The notes under the pieces are model-generated. The model was not told the origin of the DNA. It searched no databases and saw nothing but the letters and a program-made list of their open reading frames with translations. From contig CM052817.1 in NCBI GenBank assembly GCA_028534125.1, positions 94,118,001 through 94,182,000 on the forward strand: DNA of 64,000 nucleotides, given 5' to 3'. The translations under genes were made by a program, and so were the position numbers. This document shows, one piece after another, positions 25,410-38,056 of this stretch. Numbering within the stretch: position 1 is the stretch's first letter; each line of letters opens with the position of its first letter. The stretch is from Lama glama (lineage: Eukaryota).

Positions 25410-28400
25410 GTTTTAAAAATTGAAGTATAACATAAAGACAGACATGTGCACAAATCATGCGTTCAGCTGGATGAATTTCCAAAAGTAAACACACCCTTAT
25501 AACCAGCACCCAGACCAAGAAATCAACATTACCGCCCAACCACCCACATTCACCCCCATGCCCACATATGTTCTCCTGACTTCTATAGATTAGCTTTGCC
25601 TAAGTTTAACATCTTTGTCTGTTTTTCCTATTGGGTTGGTTATCTTGTTTTGTTTTATTTTTAAAGCAACTTTGTTGAGGTATAATTCACATGCAATAAA
25701 GTGTTACGTATTTAAAGTGCACACTTTGATAAACTGTATATGTACAAACCATGCAACCATCACCAAAATTAATCCCTCCCAGCCCCCGCTAACCATGGAT
25801 CCACCTTCTGTCATTATCAATTTGTTTATATTTCTAGCATTTTATATAAATGGAATGACATGGTATATTTTCGTTTTTCTCTGGCTTCTTTCACTCAGAA
25901 TAATTATTTTGAGATTCATCCATGTCATTACATGTATCACCAGTTCATTCCTCTTTAGTGCTGAGTAGTAACCCATTGTATGGATATACTACACTTTCTT
26001 TATCTGTTAACCTGTTGATGGGCATCTGAGTTGTTACTAGTTTGGTGTTATTTAAAATAAAGGGACCAAGAACATTTGTGCACAACTCTTTGAGTGAACA
26101 TATGCTTTCATTTATCTTGGGTAGATATTTAGGAATGGAATGTCTGGGTCATATATTATATGTATGTTTAACTTTATAAGAAACTGCCAAAATGCCTTTG
26201 ATTTTACATTTTCACAGCAGTGTTTGAGAGCTTTAGTTGCTCAGTCTTCTAACCCTTGACATAATCAATCTTTTCAATTTTAGGCATCCTGAGAGGTGTA
26301 TAGTGGGATCTCATTGTGATTTTAATTTGCATTTCCTTAACAACTAATGATTTTGTGCACATATTTTGATATGATTTATTTCCCACCTTTATGTCTTTTG
26401 GTTAAGTGTCTATACAAATCCTTTGCCCATGTTTTGATTAGGTTGTTTGTTTTCTTCTTAAGTTTGATAGTGCTTTATTTACTCTTGATACAAGTCTTTT
26501 ATCAAATATGTGATTTGTGAATATTTTCTCCTCCAGTTTGTGGCATGTCTTTTCATTCTCTCAGTGGTGTCTTTCAAAGAGTGGAGATTCTTAATTTTGA
26601 TAAAAGTCCAATTTATCATTTTTTTCTTTCATGGATCATGCTTTAGGCATCACATCTAAGATATATTTGCATAACTCAGTCATGCAGATTTTCTCCTATG
26701 CTTTCTCCCAGAAGTTTTCTTTTTAGCAGGTTTTACTTTTACAACTATAATCTATTGTGCTGCAAGGTATGGATTGAATTTGTTGTTGTTGTTTTTGCAT
26801 TTTGATATCCAATTGCTTCAGCATCAATTATTGAAAAGACTATCCTTTCTTCTTTGAATTGCCTGTGCACCTCTGTCAAAAATCAATTGACCATATATGT
26901 GTGAGTCTATTTCTGGACTCTCCATTCTGTTCCTTAATCCATTTATTAGTCTTGATGCCAATACTCCACTGTCTTTATTACAGTGGGTTTATATGTCTTG
27001 AAGTCAGATGATGTAAGTTCTCTAACTTAGTTCTTTTCCAAAGTTGTTTTAGCTATTCTAGGTACTTTGTATTTCCATATGAATTTTAGAATCAGCTCAT
27101 CAATTTTGCCAAAACAGAAAAAAAAAGCTTGCTAGGGTATTTATTGGGATTGTGTTTACAGATCATTTCGGGGGAAAACTGACAACTTAATAATATTGTC
27201 TTTTGATTCATGAACTCAGTATATCTTACTTAGGTATTCTTTAATTTTTCTCAGTGATACTGTCTTGACTCTGTGGATTTACAGTTGCAACAAATTTGGA
27301 TAATTTTTTCCCTATTATCTTTTCAATTATTTCTCTGTGCCCTCCACCTTGGAGATTCCAATTACATGTATATAGCCCATTAGAACTGGTCCCATTTTCA
27401 CTGATGCTCTCTGTTCATTTTTTTCAATCTTTTTTTTCTCTCTGTTTCATATTGCTACATGTTCAAATTCACTAAACTTTTTTCTGCAATGTCTAAATTG
27501 CTATTAATTGTATGCAGTACATTTTTCATTTCAGTCATTGTATTTTTCATCTCTAGAAGTTTGATTTCGGTCTTTATAATATCTTCCATGTCTCTACTCA
27601 ACATGTTAAATCATTCCTCTAGCTCACTGTACATATGGGATATAGCTGTAACAACTGTTCTATTTTGTCAACTAATTTTACCATATCACTTCTGGTTTGG
27701 CTTCAGTTGATTTTTCTCCTCATCTGGGGTCATATTTACCAGCTTCTTTGTAATCTCTGATCAATACCAAGTCAAGAGCTTTTGATTATTAAGTCAGATT
27801 TTATAAACATTGGAAGAAGCATGGACTTAAGGCATGCTAATTAGGTTTTGTCAAAATTTTACAAAAATATATGATATATATTTATACTAAAGCTATATAA
27901 TCTTTAGAGTTAAGAGGGCAATCAGTTAACATTTTTAGCAGATTAAAAGAGTGTTTGTGTCAACCATACGTCAATTAAAAAAATACCTCTGAGGAAGTCA
28001 AACTGCCCTTAATCACTCTCAGCGTAAGTTTATCAACTTGCATCCTTTTAGGAGTACGAACTCAAAACAAGTGTTAGGGAATTCTGAAGACCACTCTGGC
28101 AACATGAGTCAAAATTTCAATGTATAGAAATTTTGGCCCTGTTGGAAAATCTATAAAAAGACATTTGAAAAAGAGTACTAAATACTGGTACAAGTTGGAA
28201 ATTGAGAAAACTGGGTAGGTGTAGAAAATGAGTCGAGTGTTAAATGTTTTTGTTTTCGTATAAACATATTGAGCTCTGATTTAGGACATAGTCAAGTTTC
28301 TTGGGAACAGTTTGATCCTATGGGATCTAGCTATTACATTTTCTTAGGCAGATTCACAGCAGCATTTAGTCCAGAGCTAATTTTGCCCCACTACTGAGAC

Positions 28401-29430
28401 AAAATCCTTCAGAGTACTCTCCAGTGCTTTGTGAATTATGACGGTTTTCACCCCGGGTGGGAGAACAGGAACTATTTCCACCCTATGTGATTTCCCCTGT
28501 AGTCCTTTCCAGTGGCTCTTTCCTTAGCATCAGGTAGTTTCTTCACCTGCATCTGCCGATCGGTATTTGGCTGAAGACTTGAGGGGACCATCGGAGTGAG
28601 GATCTCCAGTGCTCCACCTCTGTGCAGTTCTTTCCTATTTGGTATTGTGTCCTGCGACCTCTAAGTGTATTAGCCTCTCCGAATTCCCAGATCCATCTTC
28701 TCAACTCAGAGAGCACTGCAGACTCCTGCGCTGTGCCCCAGAGAGTCTCTGCAGGCAACAAGCCATTTGCAGCGCTCACTTGGTTTATTTCCTGCCTCCA
28801 GGTTTCACTGTCTTTCAGTCTTGTTGTCCAATGTCTTGAAAATTGTTGTTTCAAATACTTTGTCCTTTTTTAAAAGAAGTTATTCAGTTTGGTAGGTAAC
28901 TCTATTCTCTTTTACTCTATCTAGTTTGACAGCTGAAGTCTTGGGCTGCCTATCATCTTCTTACTGATTCTAGGAGTATTCATATATTCCAACTGCAAGC
29001 CCTTTGACAAATACAGAAATTAACATATCTTCTTCCACTCTATGACTTGTTTTTGTATTCTTTTAAATATGATTTTTGATGAGGAGATGTTGTCAGTTTT
29101 AATGCTGTCTAATATATCTCTTAAAATTTTAGGGCTAGTGCTTTCTGTGTCTGTTTACCTTCCCAAAGTTAAGATAGTTTTCTATGTTTTTGTTTAGAAA
29201 TGTTCGTTTTTTAAATTTAATTTGAAAGCCTACAATCCATTTGGCATTGATTTTTGTGTATGTTGTGACATAGGAACCAAAATTCTTTTTTTTTTTAATA
29301 TGAATGTCCAATTGACCCAGCACCACTTACTGAAAAGTCTCTCATTTTCCCGCTGTACTGCAGTGTCAACTTTGTCACAATTTAATGACCAAACATGTGT
29401 GGGTCTATTTCTTGGCTCTCTGTACATACA
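25410..29430 (-). mobile_element. Cluster of nested old LINE-1 fragments (L1M-type), largest about 25660-27260
   Basis: Antisense L1M 3' ends (ttgaagtataacata; ttgttgaggtataattcaca) and decayed ORF2 (ttgaaaagactatcctttct; minus-strand peptides such as RLFSKWCWVNW). Confidence 0.8.
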
Positions 29431-30192
29431 TACAGTTTTAACCTTAGTCTGATAAAGCAGTCATTTTATAATGTTCAGTTTAAAAAAAAACTTCAGTTTT
29501 CCTTAATTGAAGTATATATGTGTTAACTTAGTAGACTATTGTTGCTCATCCAAAACACAGTCTGAACTCACCCAAGTGTGTAAATGTAATTATTATATTA
29601 AATAACTCTAATACTATTATATGTAAAGTTTTTATATCAAAATCATTAAGAATTTTAGTTTATATTTTACAACACAAAAACTCTTTTACCCAGTAAGTAA
29701 CCTAAGTTTTGATATAATAGGTTAGAAACAAAATTATGCAACTCAGGGAGTGTTATCATAATCTGTTTAAAGTTATCATAACCCCTAATAATTATAACTG
29801 AAATATTCTAAAAACAAACAATATTTTATTCTTTTGTCAAAAGACCATCTTCTCACTACATCTATATAAATCTTACTCCAAGAATATTTTCATTCCAAGG
29901 TTATTTAAACACAACTTCCTTAGAAACATTTAGAGGTGTGAAAATTTCAATATTTAAAGTTTACGTTTAAGCTATTTATTAATTTTAAAATATTACATTG
30001 CTTTTGTTTTTTAAAACGTAACATTAAAATTTCCTATTACTAAAGGAATACGTTTTGTTATAGAGAAATAATTAAATACACATATGATAAACAGAAAAAT
30101 TTAAAAAGAAAACAATCCCACCTTTGGGCAATATTACAAAGCACGGTTTGTCACTTCTGGGAGTCTGGTTATTCAGGAGACAGTTCCTACTG

Positions 30193-30556
30193 GTCTTACA
30201 GTCCTTGTGGGCTGCCATAAAAAAATTACCTTAAACTGGGTAACTTATAAATAACAGAAATTTATTTCTCACAGTTCTGGAGGCTGAGGAGCCCAATATC
30301 ACGGCGCCAGCAGATTCGGTGTCTGGAGAGGGCCCAGTTTCTGGTTCACAGCTGGCACCTTCTTGCTGCGTCCTCACATGGTGGACCTGGGGGAAGGGAA
30401 CTTTCTCCATCTCTTGTACAAAGTCACTCATCCCACTCATGAGGGCTCCGTCCTTATGACCTAATCATCACCCCAAAGCCCCACCTCTTAATACCTTGGG
30501 GGGTTAGGATTTCAACATATGAATTGTGAGGGGACAGAAACATTCAGACCATAACA
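30193..30556 (-). mobile_element. MaLR solo LTR (MLT1A-like)
   Basis: gggctgccataa...aacagaaatttatttctcacagttctggaggctg...catgagggctcc...cattcagaccataaca. Confidence 0.88.
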
Positions 30557-30844
30557 ATACCCAAACACATTGACTCCTGCACCATCTCAGCAGCAAGCAA
30601 ACATTCGGGTCACTCACCACATGATCAAAGCCCTTTTCTTCCTTCACTCACTCACTCACTCCACAAATAAGTGTTAAGAACTTATTATAATGCCAGGTAC
30701 CCCGGTAGGTGTTAGGGGTACAAATAAACTGAATAAACAAAACAGACATGATCCTTTCCCCCCACGAAGTCCATTATCTAGTGAGAGAAGTCAATGTCTA
30801 AAATAATCACACAAAAGGATGTAAAACAACAACTATGAGATATA

Positions 30845-30956
30845 CATATATATTTAAAGAGTTTATTACTATTATTTCTTAATGGGGGCACGGGGGATCG
30901 AACACAGGACCTTGTGGGCCCTAGGCATGTGCTCTACCACTGAGCTATACTCACCC
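30845..30956 (-). mobile_element. tRNA-derived SINE (camelid Vic-1 type)
   Basis: Minus strand GGGTGAGTATAGCTCAGTGGTAGAGCACATGCCTAG...TTCGATCCCCCG with A and B boxes; TSD-like CTATGA(G/C)ATAT at 30833 and 30957. Confidence 0.8.
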
Positions 30957-31291
30957 CTATGACATATGTTCCTGTAGAGGATAATATGACAGTAAGAGGG
31001 TAGAGTGGGAAATATGATTCAACGGATGTATAAGGAAAATTTTCCTGAGGGAGAGATGAGTGCCCTGAGATCTGAGGGTGAGCAGGAATTAACTAGCCCC
31101 AGTAAAACTAAATAAAAGTCACACAAGGGGAACAGTGAGAACAGAGGCCACGTAGAGGAAAGGAAGAAGAGTATGTATGAGGAACCAGAAGAAGGCCTGA
31201 GTGACTGAGCACAGGACACATGAGAGTGGTCCAGATGAGGCCAGGTAGCTGCATAGGGGAGAGGCCATGCACAGCCTGGAGGCTGTGTTTA

Positions 31292-31492
31292 GACTATATA
31301 CAAAATAGAAAAACAACAAGTTTATACTTTATAGCACAGGGAACTATATTAATATCTTACAACTCATGATGAAAAAGAATATGAAAATGAATATATGTAT
31401 GTTCCTATATGACTGAAGCACTGTGCTGTACACTAGAAATTGACACAACATTGTAAACTGACTATACTTCAATAAAAATATATTAAAAAAAA
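31292..31492 (+). mobile_element. LINE-1 3' UTR fragment
   Basis: tagcacagggaactatatt...ttgtaaactgactatacttcaataaaaa plus A tail. Confidence 0.88.
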
Positions 31493-33145
31493 TTTTGTTT
31501 TCTATCGTATGCTCAATGGGCAGCAATTGAAGTGATTATATTTGAGCTTTATAACGACTACTTTGGCTGAAAAGTAGAGAATCTATGGATCAGGAGAAAC
31601 AGGATGTTGCTACATCAAGCATATGACCAAAAATCCAAGTGGGAGATGAAGTAGCTAGGAAACGAGGGGTAGCATAGAAATAGATGAAATGGAAAAATTT
31701 CCCACAGGCAAGCTCATCTACATGTGGTAGCGGGCTGGTGATGGAAGAGAAGGGAAGATGGAAAGAATGACCAAGAGAAAGAAAACAGAAACTGGAGTGT
31801 TGGTGAGAACTGAGGAGGAGGTCATGATTCTGATTTTGCTCAATGGAACATAAAGAAGGTAGCTACATTTACAGGTTGGTTGTTCAGAAAAGAGAACTGG
31901 GCTGGGGGTGGGAATTTGTGAAGGGTCTGTGTATAGATAAAGACACAAACACCAGCCCACGTGAGAGTATAGGTTGAGAAGCGAGGTGGCCTAGACTTCA
32001 GAATGCCACGGGCAAGGAAGAGCCTGCAAAGAAATGTAAGTGCGGCAAGGAGAGAGGAAGGTTCAAATCTGCGATGTCTCAGAGATCCAGGGTACTGAGT
32101 GTCTTAGGAAGGAGTGATGGAGAAATATGAAGACTGAACATGCTAGTGATGTGGGGGTCATCAGTGACCTTGGCAAACAGAAGAGAGAAATTTGGATGGT
32201 AGCCAGAAGGAAGCAGGATGAGGAGAGTTGGAAGACGAAGAACTAGAGAGAGAAACTACAGCAACACTTAATAGAAGTCTGGCTGTGAGAGAGGAGAGAA
32301 AAGCTGGTTAAAAAAACAGTAGCTAAAAAGAAATATAAGATGTAGAGGAATTTTTTTTACATTGTTTTAACAGAAGACATGTGAGTATATTTAAAATGTG
32401 ATGGGTAATTTAACTCAGGTTTCAGTTAAAACTGAAGAGAACTGTCATCCGCTGCCCACCACGCTTTTGTCACAAATAATGCAACTAACTTTTATTTTAA
32501 TTACACAGTAGTTTATTCAGAGGAATAGTGCTAACATAAGGGAAGAATTAAATAATCTGAAATTGTGTGTTATTGGCAATTTCATCTAAGATTCCTCTCA
32601 TAATAGCTATTTTAAAAGGCATCATGGTAATGGTTCACGTCCACTTAAAAAAGAGTGGGCTGTGTGTATGTATGTAAGTGAATGTACACCCAAGCAGATC
32701 ACGGTGGTAGAAGGCAAAATTTGGCAAATTATGGCACTTTGGCTAACTCTGGCTCACCTCTCTTTTTTTTTAAATAAAGTTTTATCGCAACACACATACA
32801 GCAATAGAAACAACTGACATTGACAGTAAAGTATTTAGTTACAGAGAGAAGAGATCATTTAGAGGATGATGTTCTTGAAAAGGTGCAATGGGATGAAATC
32901 CAAAGCATAAATCGAAGGACTGACCTTTCATAAAAGGAAAGCAATGCCCTGGATTTGCCACAGGAAGGAGGGAGTAGCAGGAGTGAAGATGGTATGTAGG
33001 TTTGCATGTTTGATGGCCAGTGGTTGAAGGAGTTTCCATCTGAGCATTTGGTTGTCTGATAAAACTGTAAGACCTTTGGTTGATAGGGAAGGTGGAAGAT
33101 TGGGACATTTGAGATCTCTGAAGATGGTTTAAGAGTTATTGCAAG

Positions 33146-33595
33146 CATTATTCATAATATCCAAAAAGTAGAAACCATCCAAATGTCCATCCTCTGATAA
33201 GCGGAAAAACAACACGTGATATGTCCATATAATGGAAAAGCATTTAACAATATAGAGGAATGAAGTACTGAGGTATGCTACAGCATGGATAAACCTTGAC
33301 AACACTATGCTAAGTGAAAGAAACTAATCACAAAAGGTCATATATGATTCCATTTATATGAATTGTCCAAAAGAGGCAAATCCATGGAAACAGAAAGATT
33401 AATAGTTGTCAGGGATGCGGGGAGAGGAGGAATGGGATTTCTTTTTGGGGTGATGAAATAGTCCGAAATTAAGTAGTGGTGAGGTTGAAGAATTTTGTGA
33501 ATATACTAAAAACCACTGAATTATACACTTTAAAAATGTGAATTTTATGGTATGTGACTTACATCTCAATAAAGCTGTTAGTAAAAAAAAAAAAG
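33146..33595 (+). mobile_element. Old LINE-1 3' end (L1MB/MC-like)
   Basis: gcattattcataat...ccaaatgtccatc...atgctaagtgaaagaa...tctcaataaagctgtt plus poly-A. Confidence 0.85.
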
Positions 33596-34714
33596 AATAT
33601 TCTAGAGAGCAGGCTAGTGAACTGTCCAGACAAAGGAAGTGGGATTGGCAGGTAACAGAGAGAACCATGAAGTTACCGGAGCTTCAGCCCAAGGCTGCTC
33701 ACTGCACAAGCCCCCACCCGAGTAGGGAGCTGCTGGGAGCCATGGGGTATCCCAAGCGGGAGGGCAAGTCCTCCAGAAGCATATCCATGTAAGGATTCTG
33801 GTAAATCATCATAGAGATCTCAAAAGAAAGGTCTCTGTATCTCCTAGGCACCAGTAATTTCTCTCTTATTCATTTCCTCATTCTAAATACAAATCCATCC
33901 TAATTTGGTATTTGTAATTGTATATTCTTTTCCTTGAAAAATGACTCGAGACTGTTTACGTTTCAGGTTCCAGAAAACCAAGATCTGCCCCAATGGTTGG
34001 GGATCTATTTGAGGTTACTGAGTGTGAATTTATAGTGATGTCAGTCATTCTGCAGTGTAACTTGCTCCGATAGTGTTTGGCTGTTTGGGTACAGAACTCT
34101 GGGTTCACCCAGAGTTGGGGTTTTGTGAGTTGGAAGCATGTTATTAAAAATGTGGACCATAAAGTTCAAACTGGATAAGGGGGGAAGTGAAGATGGAGAG
34201 GGCTGAGGACCATGAGAGAGCAGAGGGGTTAACAGGCTAGAAAGCCATGGAAGAATTAAGAAGATCATACAGGAACACCTTGAAGCATCAAGCTGGAAGA
34301 CAGTGGTTAAAGTGGGCTGCGGGAGGTGAATGACAAAGTCCACGGGGGGGGGGGCACTGTCTGAGGTGATTTGAAGGTCATGGGAGATGACAAAGTCATT
34401 TGCTCTGAGGAAGAATCTAAACTATAGGATGGTCTCCAAGCATCTGTACAATCTGTCCCCTTCCTGCCCCTGTCACCTCACCCAACCCAATGTCCCTCTC
34501 ACTTGCCTCCCTGCTGCCTTGATTCAAGTCCTCAGGAGTTTCTTTCAGCCTGAGGACTCTTCTTCGCTACTTGGCCAGGCCATTTTTACTCAACCTGAAG
34601 ATCTCAGTTTAAAGTGTGTTCTGCAGGCATCTTTCCTCATCCACCCACTCTCCTCCCAGGGGGTAGATCCTCCTATTTTATGCCCAAGTAAGACTCTTTG
34701 GGTTTTTCAAAAAA

Positions 34715-34985
34715 TTGTTTTTATTGAAATATAGTCGATTTACAATGTTGGGCTAGTTTCTGGTGGACAGCATAGTGATTCAGTTACACATTCCTTTTTT
34801 TTCATATTCTTTTTCATTATAGGCCATTACAAGGTATTGAATATAGTTCCCTGTGCTATACAGTAGGACCTTGTTGTTTATCTATTTTATATACAGTAGT
34901 GTATATCTGCAAATCCAGAATTCCCACTCTATCCCTCTTCACTCATCCCCACCTTGTAGCCACAAGCTTGCCCTCCACATCTGCG
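34715..34985 (-). mobile_element. LINE-1 3' UTR fragment
   Basis: tttttattgaaatatagtcgatttacaatg...gaatatagttccctgtgctatacagtagg. Confidence 0.88.
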
Positions 34986-35495
34986 AAGATGTTTTGTTTT
35001 TGGTTCACAGCAGTTTTTCAACTGTATTGTAGAAGTTACGGGGCTAATTACTAGTAAAATGTTCTTCTCTAGGACAAAAGAGTGAGGAAACAGGTCTGGT
35101 TATCCTCCCTACTGTATCCTGGAGAACATGTACATACTATACATTCCATAAATAATTGCTGAATGAATGGAATTTAAGATACTTATGTATAACAGTGTCT
35201 TCCAGCATGCCTTTTAATGTATAAAGATATAAAACGTAATTTAACAGACAACCTAAAAATGGCATACATTATAAAAACAAGGCAAATTTCCTTTCTATCA
35301 TTCAAACATGGAGACATATCTACCTCCAAATGCTCCACAATCCTTACTTATCTCTAGAATTTCAAATTTCAAACAACATAGTTGAAAATAGGGAAAAAGA
35401 CTTAATGAGTTCTTTTATAGAAATGAGATCACTGAATTCCTCATTTGAAATAAAGAAAAAATTTTTTGGAATATTCCAAAATAGTACAAGATATA

Positions 35496-35822
35496 CAGTC
35501 AGCCCTCCATATCCTTGGGTTCCTTACCGGAGGATTCAACCAACCTTGGATGAGAAATATTTGGAAAAAAATCCAGAAGGTTCCAAAAAAGCAAAACTTG
35601 AACTTGTCACTTGCTGGCACATGGCATTTACATTGTGTTTACAACTATTTACACAGCATTTACATTGTATTAGGCACTGTAAATCATCTAAAGATGATTT
35701 AAAGTGGATGGGAGGATGTGCTTAGCTTATACGCAAATACGACACGTGGATTTGGGCATCCACAGATTCTGGTATGGGGAGTGGGAGTCCTGGAACCAGT
35801 TCCTCAGGGATACGGAGGGGGA
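35496..35822. mobile_element. MER2-type Tigger DNA transposon
   Basis: TA|CAGTCAGCCCTCCATATCC start; ggattcaaccaacc; end ggaaccagttcctcagggatacggaggg. Confidence 0.82.
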
Positions 35823-37374
35823 GGCCAGAGGGATAACTATGTTACAATTTTTCATTAAAAATGTCTTTATTAACAGGAGTGGAGGAAGTGGTCAATTTTC
35901 TAGCCGACAGTTAACTACGAAGGAGTGGACTAGTCTTACCAATGTTACTCATAAATATTTTGACTCAGTTTACAGACACACTGCCTGTGGGAGAAGTGGA
36001 AAACAAATTCGATAATTTATTTTCATTTGCAGGGCTTGTGGTAAAACCTGAGTGCACATTAAAAAATTGTTTTGGTTTATTAGTTGCCATAAAAATTACA
36101 CTCACTTGTATTCTAAAAAGCCTTAAAATTTAAGAAAAGCAATGAACCCCCTTGCTTGTTTTTTCTTTCTCAGTCCTCCTCATGATTATCCATTTGATTC
36201 TTCCACGAAACAAGTCTGATTCTCCTCTTTCTTCACATCTTTCAAATCTCTGCTTAGCTGCCTCTTCAAGGAAGGCTTCTCTCATCCTATCTGACCTAGC
36301 TCAGCTTGGTTATTCTTCCAGTTTACTGTTTATTCCCCTCAGTGCACAACACTTATCACAATCTGCACTTGTACTGACCCCTGTTCACTATTTTAGGCCA
36401 CCGCAGGAATGTCACCCCCCATGAGTGCAGGGACCTTTGTTTGTCACCACCTAATTTCCTACTATCAAAGTACAACATTTTCAGACTCAAAGGAACTCCT
36501 GAATATGAACGTCGTATTAACAAGAAAATGCCTGAGGCCATTCTTTCCCCAGAATGTTCACTTATCCCCTACTATTTTTACCATTTTTATCTGTTTTTTT
36601 ATATTACCTTCTAAAATTTGTTTGGGGGCTTCGTTTCGCATAAAAAATGTTAAAGATATTTCTATTACAGAATCGGGTTAAACTCAGGACCAGGTATCCT
36701 AATTGTAAAGCATACACCAGCAAGCAAATAAAACTAGGACACCCAGCAACTTTCCCTTTTCTGGTCCAACATCCTAAGGGTAGATTTTAAAAAGCAAAGT
36801 CAACTCGAAGAAACTGGCAACAAATAGAGGGAATGTGAGAGTTCAAAATGTCCCAGGGATAGATTCAACTAAATCCTTTGGCCCCACTAAGCGATCCCAC
36901 CCCTCCGACAAGGCCGCTCCGGGGACTAACCCAGGCCAGCGGAGGAGGGTTCCTCTCAGATCTCTCTTCCAGGATGGTCGCCTCGGCGCGTCCCTCGGCG
37001 CGTCCCCTGGCGCCCTCGTCCTCCTGGACCCTGCCCTTCAGTCTTGAGGACAGGGATCCAGAGGTCACCGACTCTCCAAGGCGCAGAGGTCTCCCTCCCG
37101 GCAGTTGTGCCTTTGAAGGATGTCAAGTAGAGAACTACCCCACCCCACCAAACTCCTGATCTCATGCACCAGTACAAACTCCGAACTGACACTCGGCCAA
37201 GCCAAGATGGCAAACCCTAGACTGAGCGAATGAACGTTCCTCGCTCCTCCCGGAGCCCGAGCCGCGGCCACGCCGCCCTCGCGAGGCCTCCTGGCCTTTC
37301 CCGGCGAGGAGTCCTCTGGGGGCTCCGGGCGCAATCGCCGCCCGGCGGCCAAGGACCCGGCTCCGGCTTCCCGA

Positions 37375-37401
37375 ACTACAGATCCCAGGGTGCCTCTGGG
37401 A
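37375..37401 (+). promoter_or_regulatory. ZNF143/THAP11-type extended SBS promoter motif
   Basis: ACTACAGATCCCAGGGTGCCTCTGGGA matches ACTACAnnTCCCAnnnTGC. Confidence 0.7.
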
Positions 37402-37747
37402 CTCCTGCTCCCTCCTACTCCCGCTCCCTCCCACCCTGCGTCTCCTCCTCCCCGGCCCTCGTTGTTTTGGCTGGAAGTGCTCCGGCGGAGTTTCAGAGAA
37501 AGTCTGGGCAGAAACCGGAGCCGGCCCGAACGTGGAAAGGGGAGGAGGCAAGGGAGGAAGAGGGAGCCAGGAGGCCGGGAGAGGGAGGGATCGGGGGCCG
37601 GGGGCCGGGCCGCTCCGAACCTGCCGCGCGCCCCGGGGTGGGGGAGGCGGCGCGGGAGGAGCGTGAGGGGACGGGACAGTGGGCTCGGTCCCCGCAGCCG
37701 AGCAGCGGAGCGCCTCGTTCCTCCGCCGCTCTCCGCCCTCTCTCTCT

Positions 37748-37768
37748 GGCGGCGGCGGCGGCGGCGGC
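37748..37768 (+). repeat. (GGC)7 trinucleotide repeat in the GAB1 CpG island
   Basis: Directly visible. Confidence 0.9.
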
Positions 37769-38026
37769 GAGCGCGGACCCACCCTCCGGCGGGACCTGCG
37801 CCCTGCCCAGCGACGCCAAGCCGGCGGCTCTCTCCGTGGCCCGGGACCAGACCTGCGCCCGCTGCCCACGGGACCCTCGCGGCTTCCCCTTTCCCCTCCG
37901 CTGCCCGGCGCCGCGGGGAAGTGACCCACCCTCCCCGAGGAGCGGGAAGGAGAGGATCGCGCTGGGCGCACGGAAACCGAGAGCCGGCGAGCCGGAGTGG
38001 GCGCCGCGCGGGGCATTGTGTGTGTT

Positions 38027-38056
38027 TGTGTGTGTGTGTGCGCGCGCGCGCGTGCA
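38027..38056. repeat. (TG)7(CG)6TGCA alternating purine-pyrimidine tract (Z-DNA prone)
   Basis: Directly visible 30-bp perfect alternation. Confidence 0.85.

Larger units (their letters stand above)
30645..33135 (-). mobile_element. Long fragmented LINE-2, interrupted by a SINE, an L1 and a non-repeat block
   Basis: cactcactcactc...tgccaggtacc...ggggtacaaa...aaaacagacatgatccttt, then purine-rich L2 body (tttcctgagg...gagatctgagggtgagcagga). Confidence 0.65.

Noticed and set aside
34344..34354. G11 homopolymer
   Set aside because: Isolated mononucleotide run with no supporting context.
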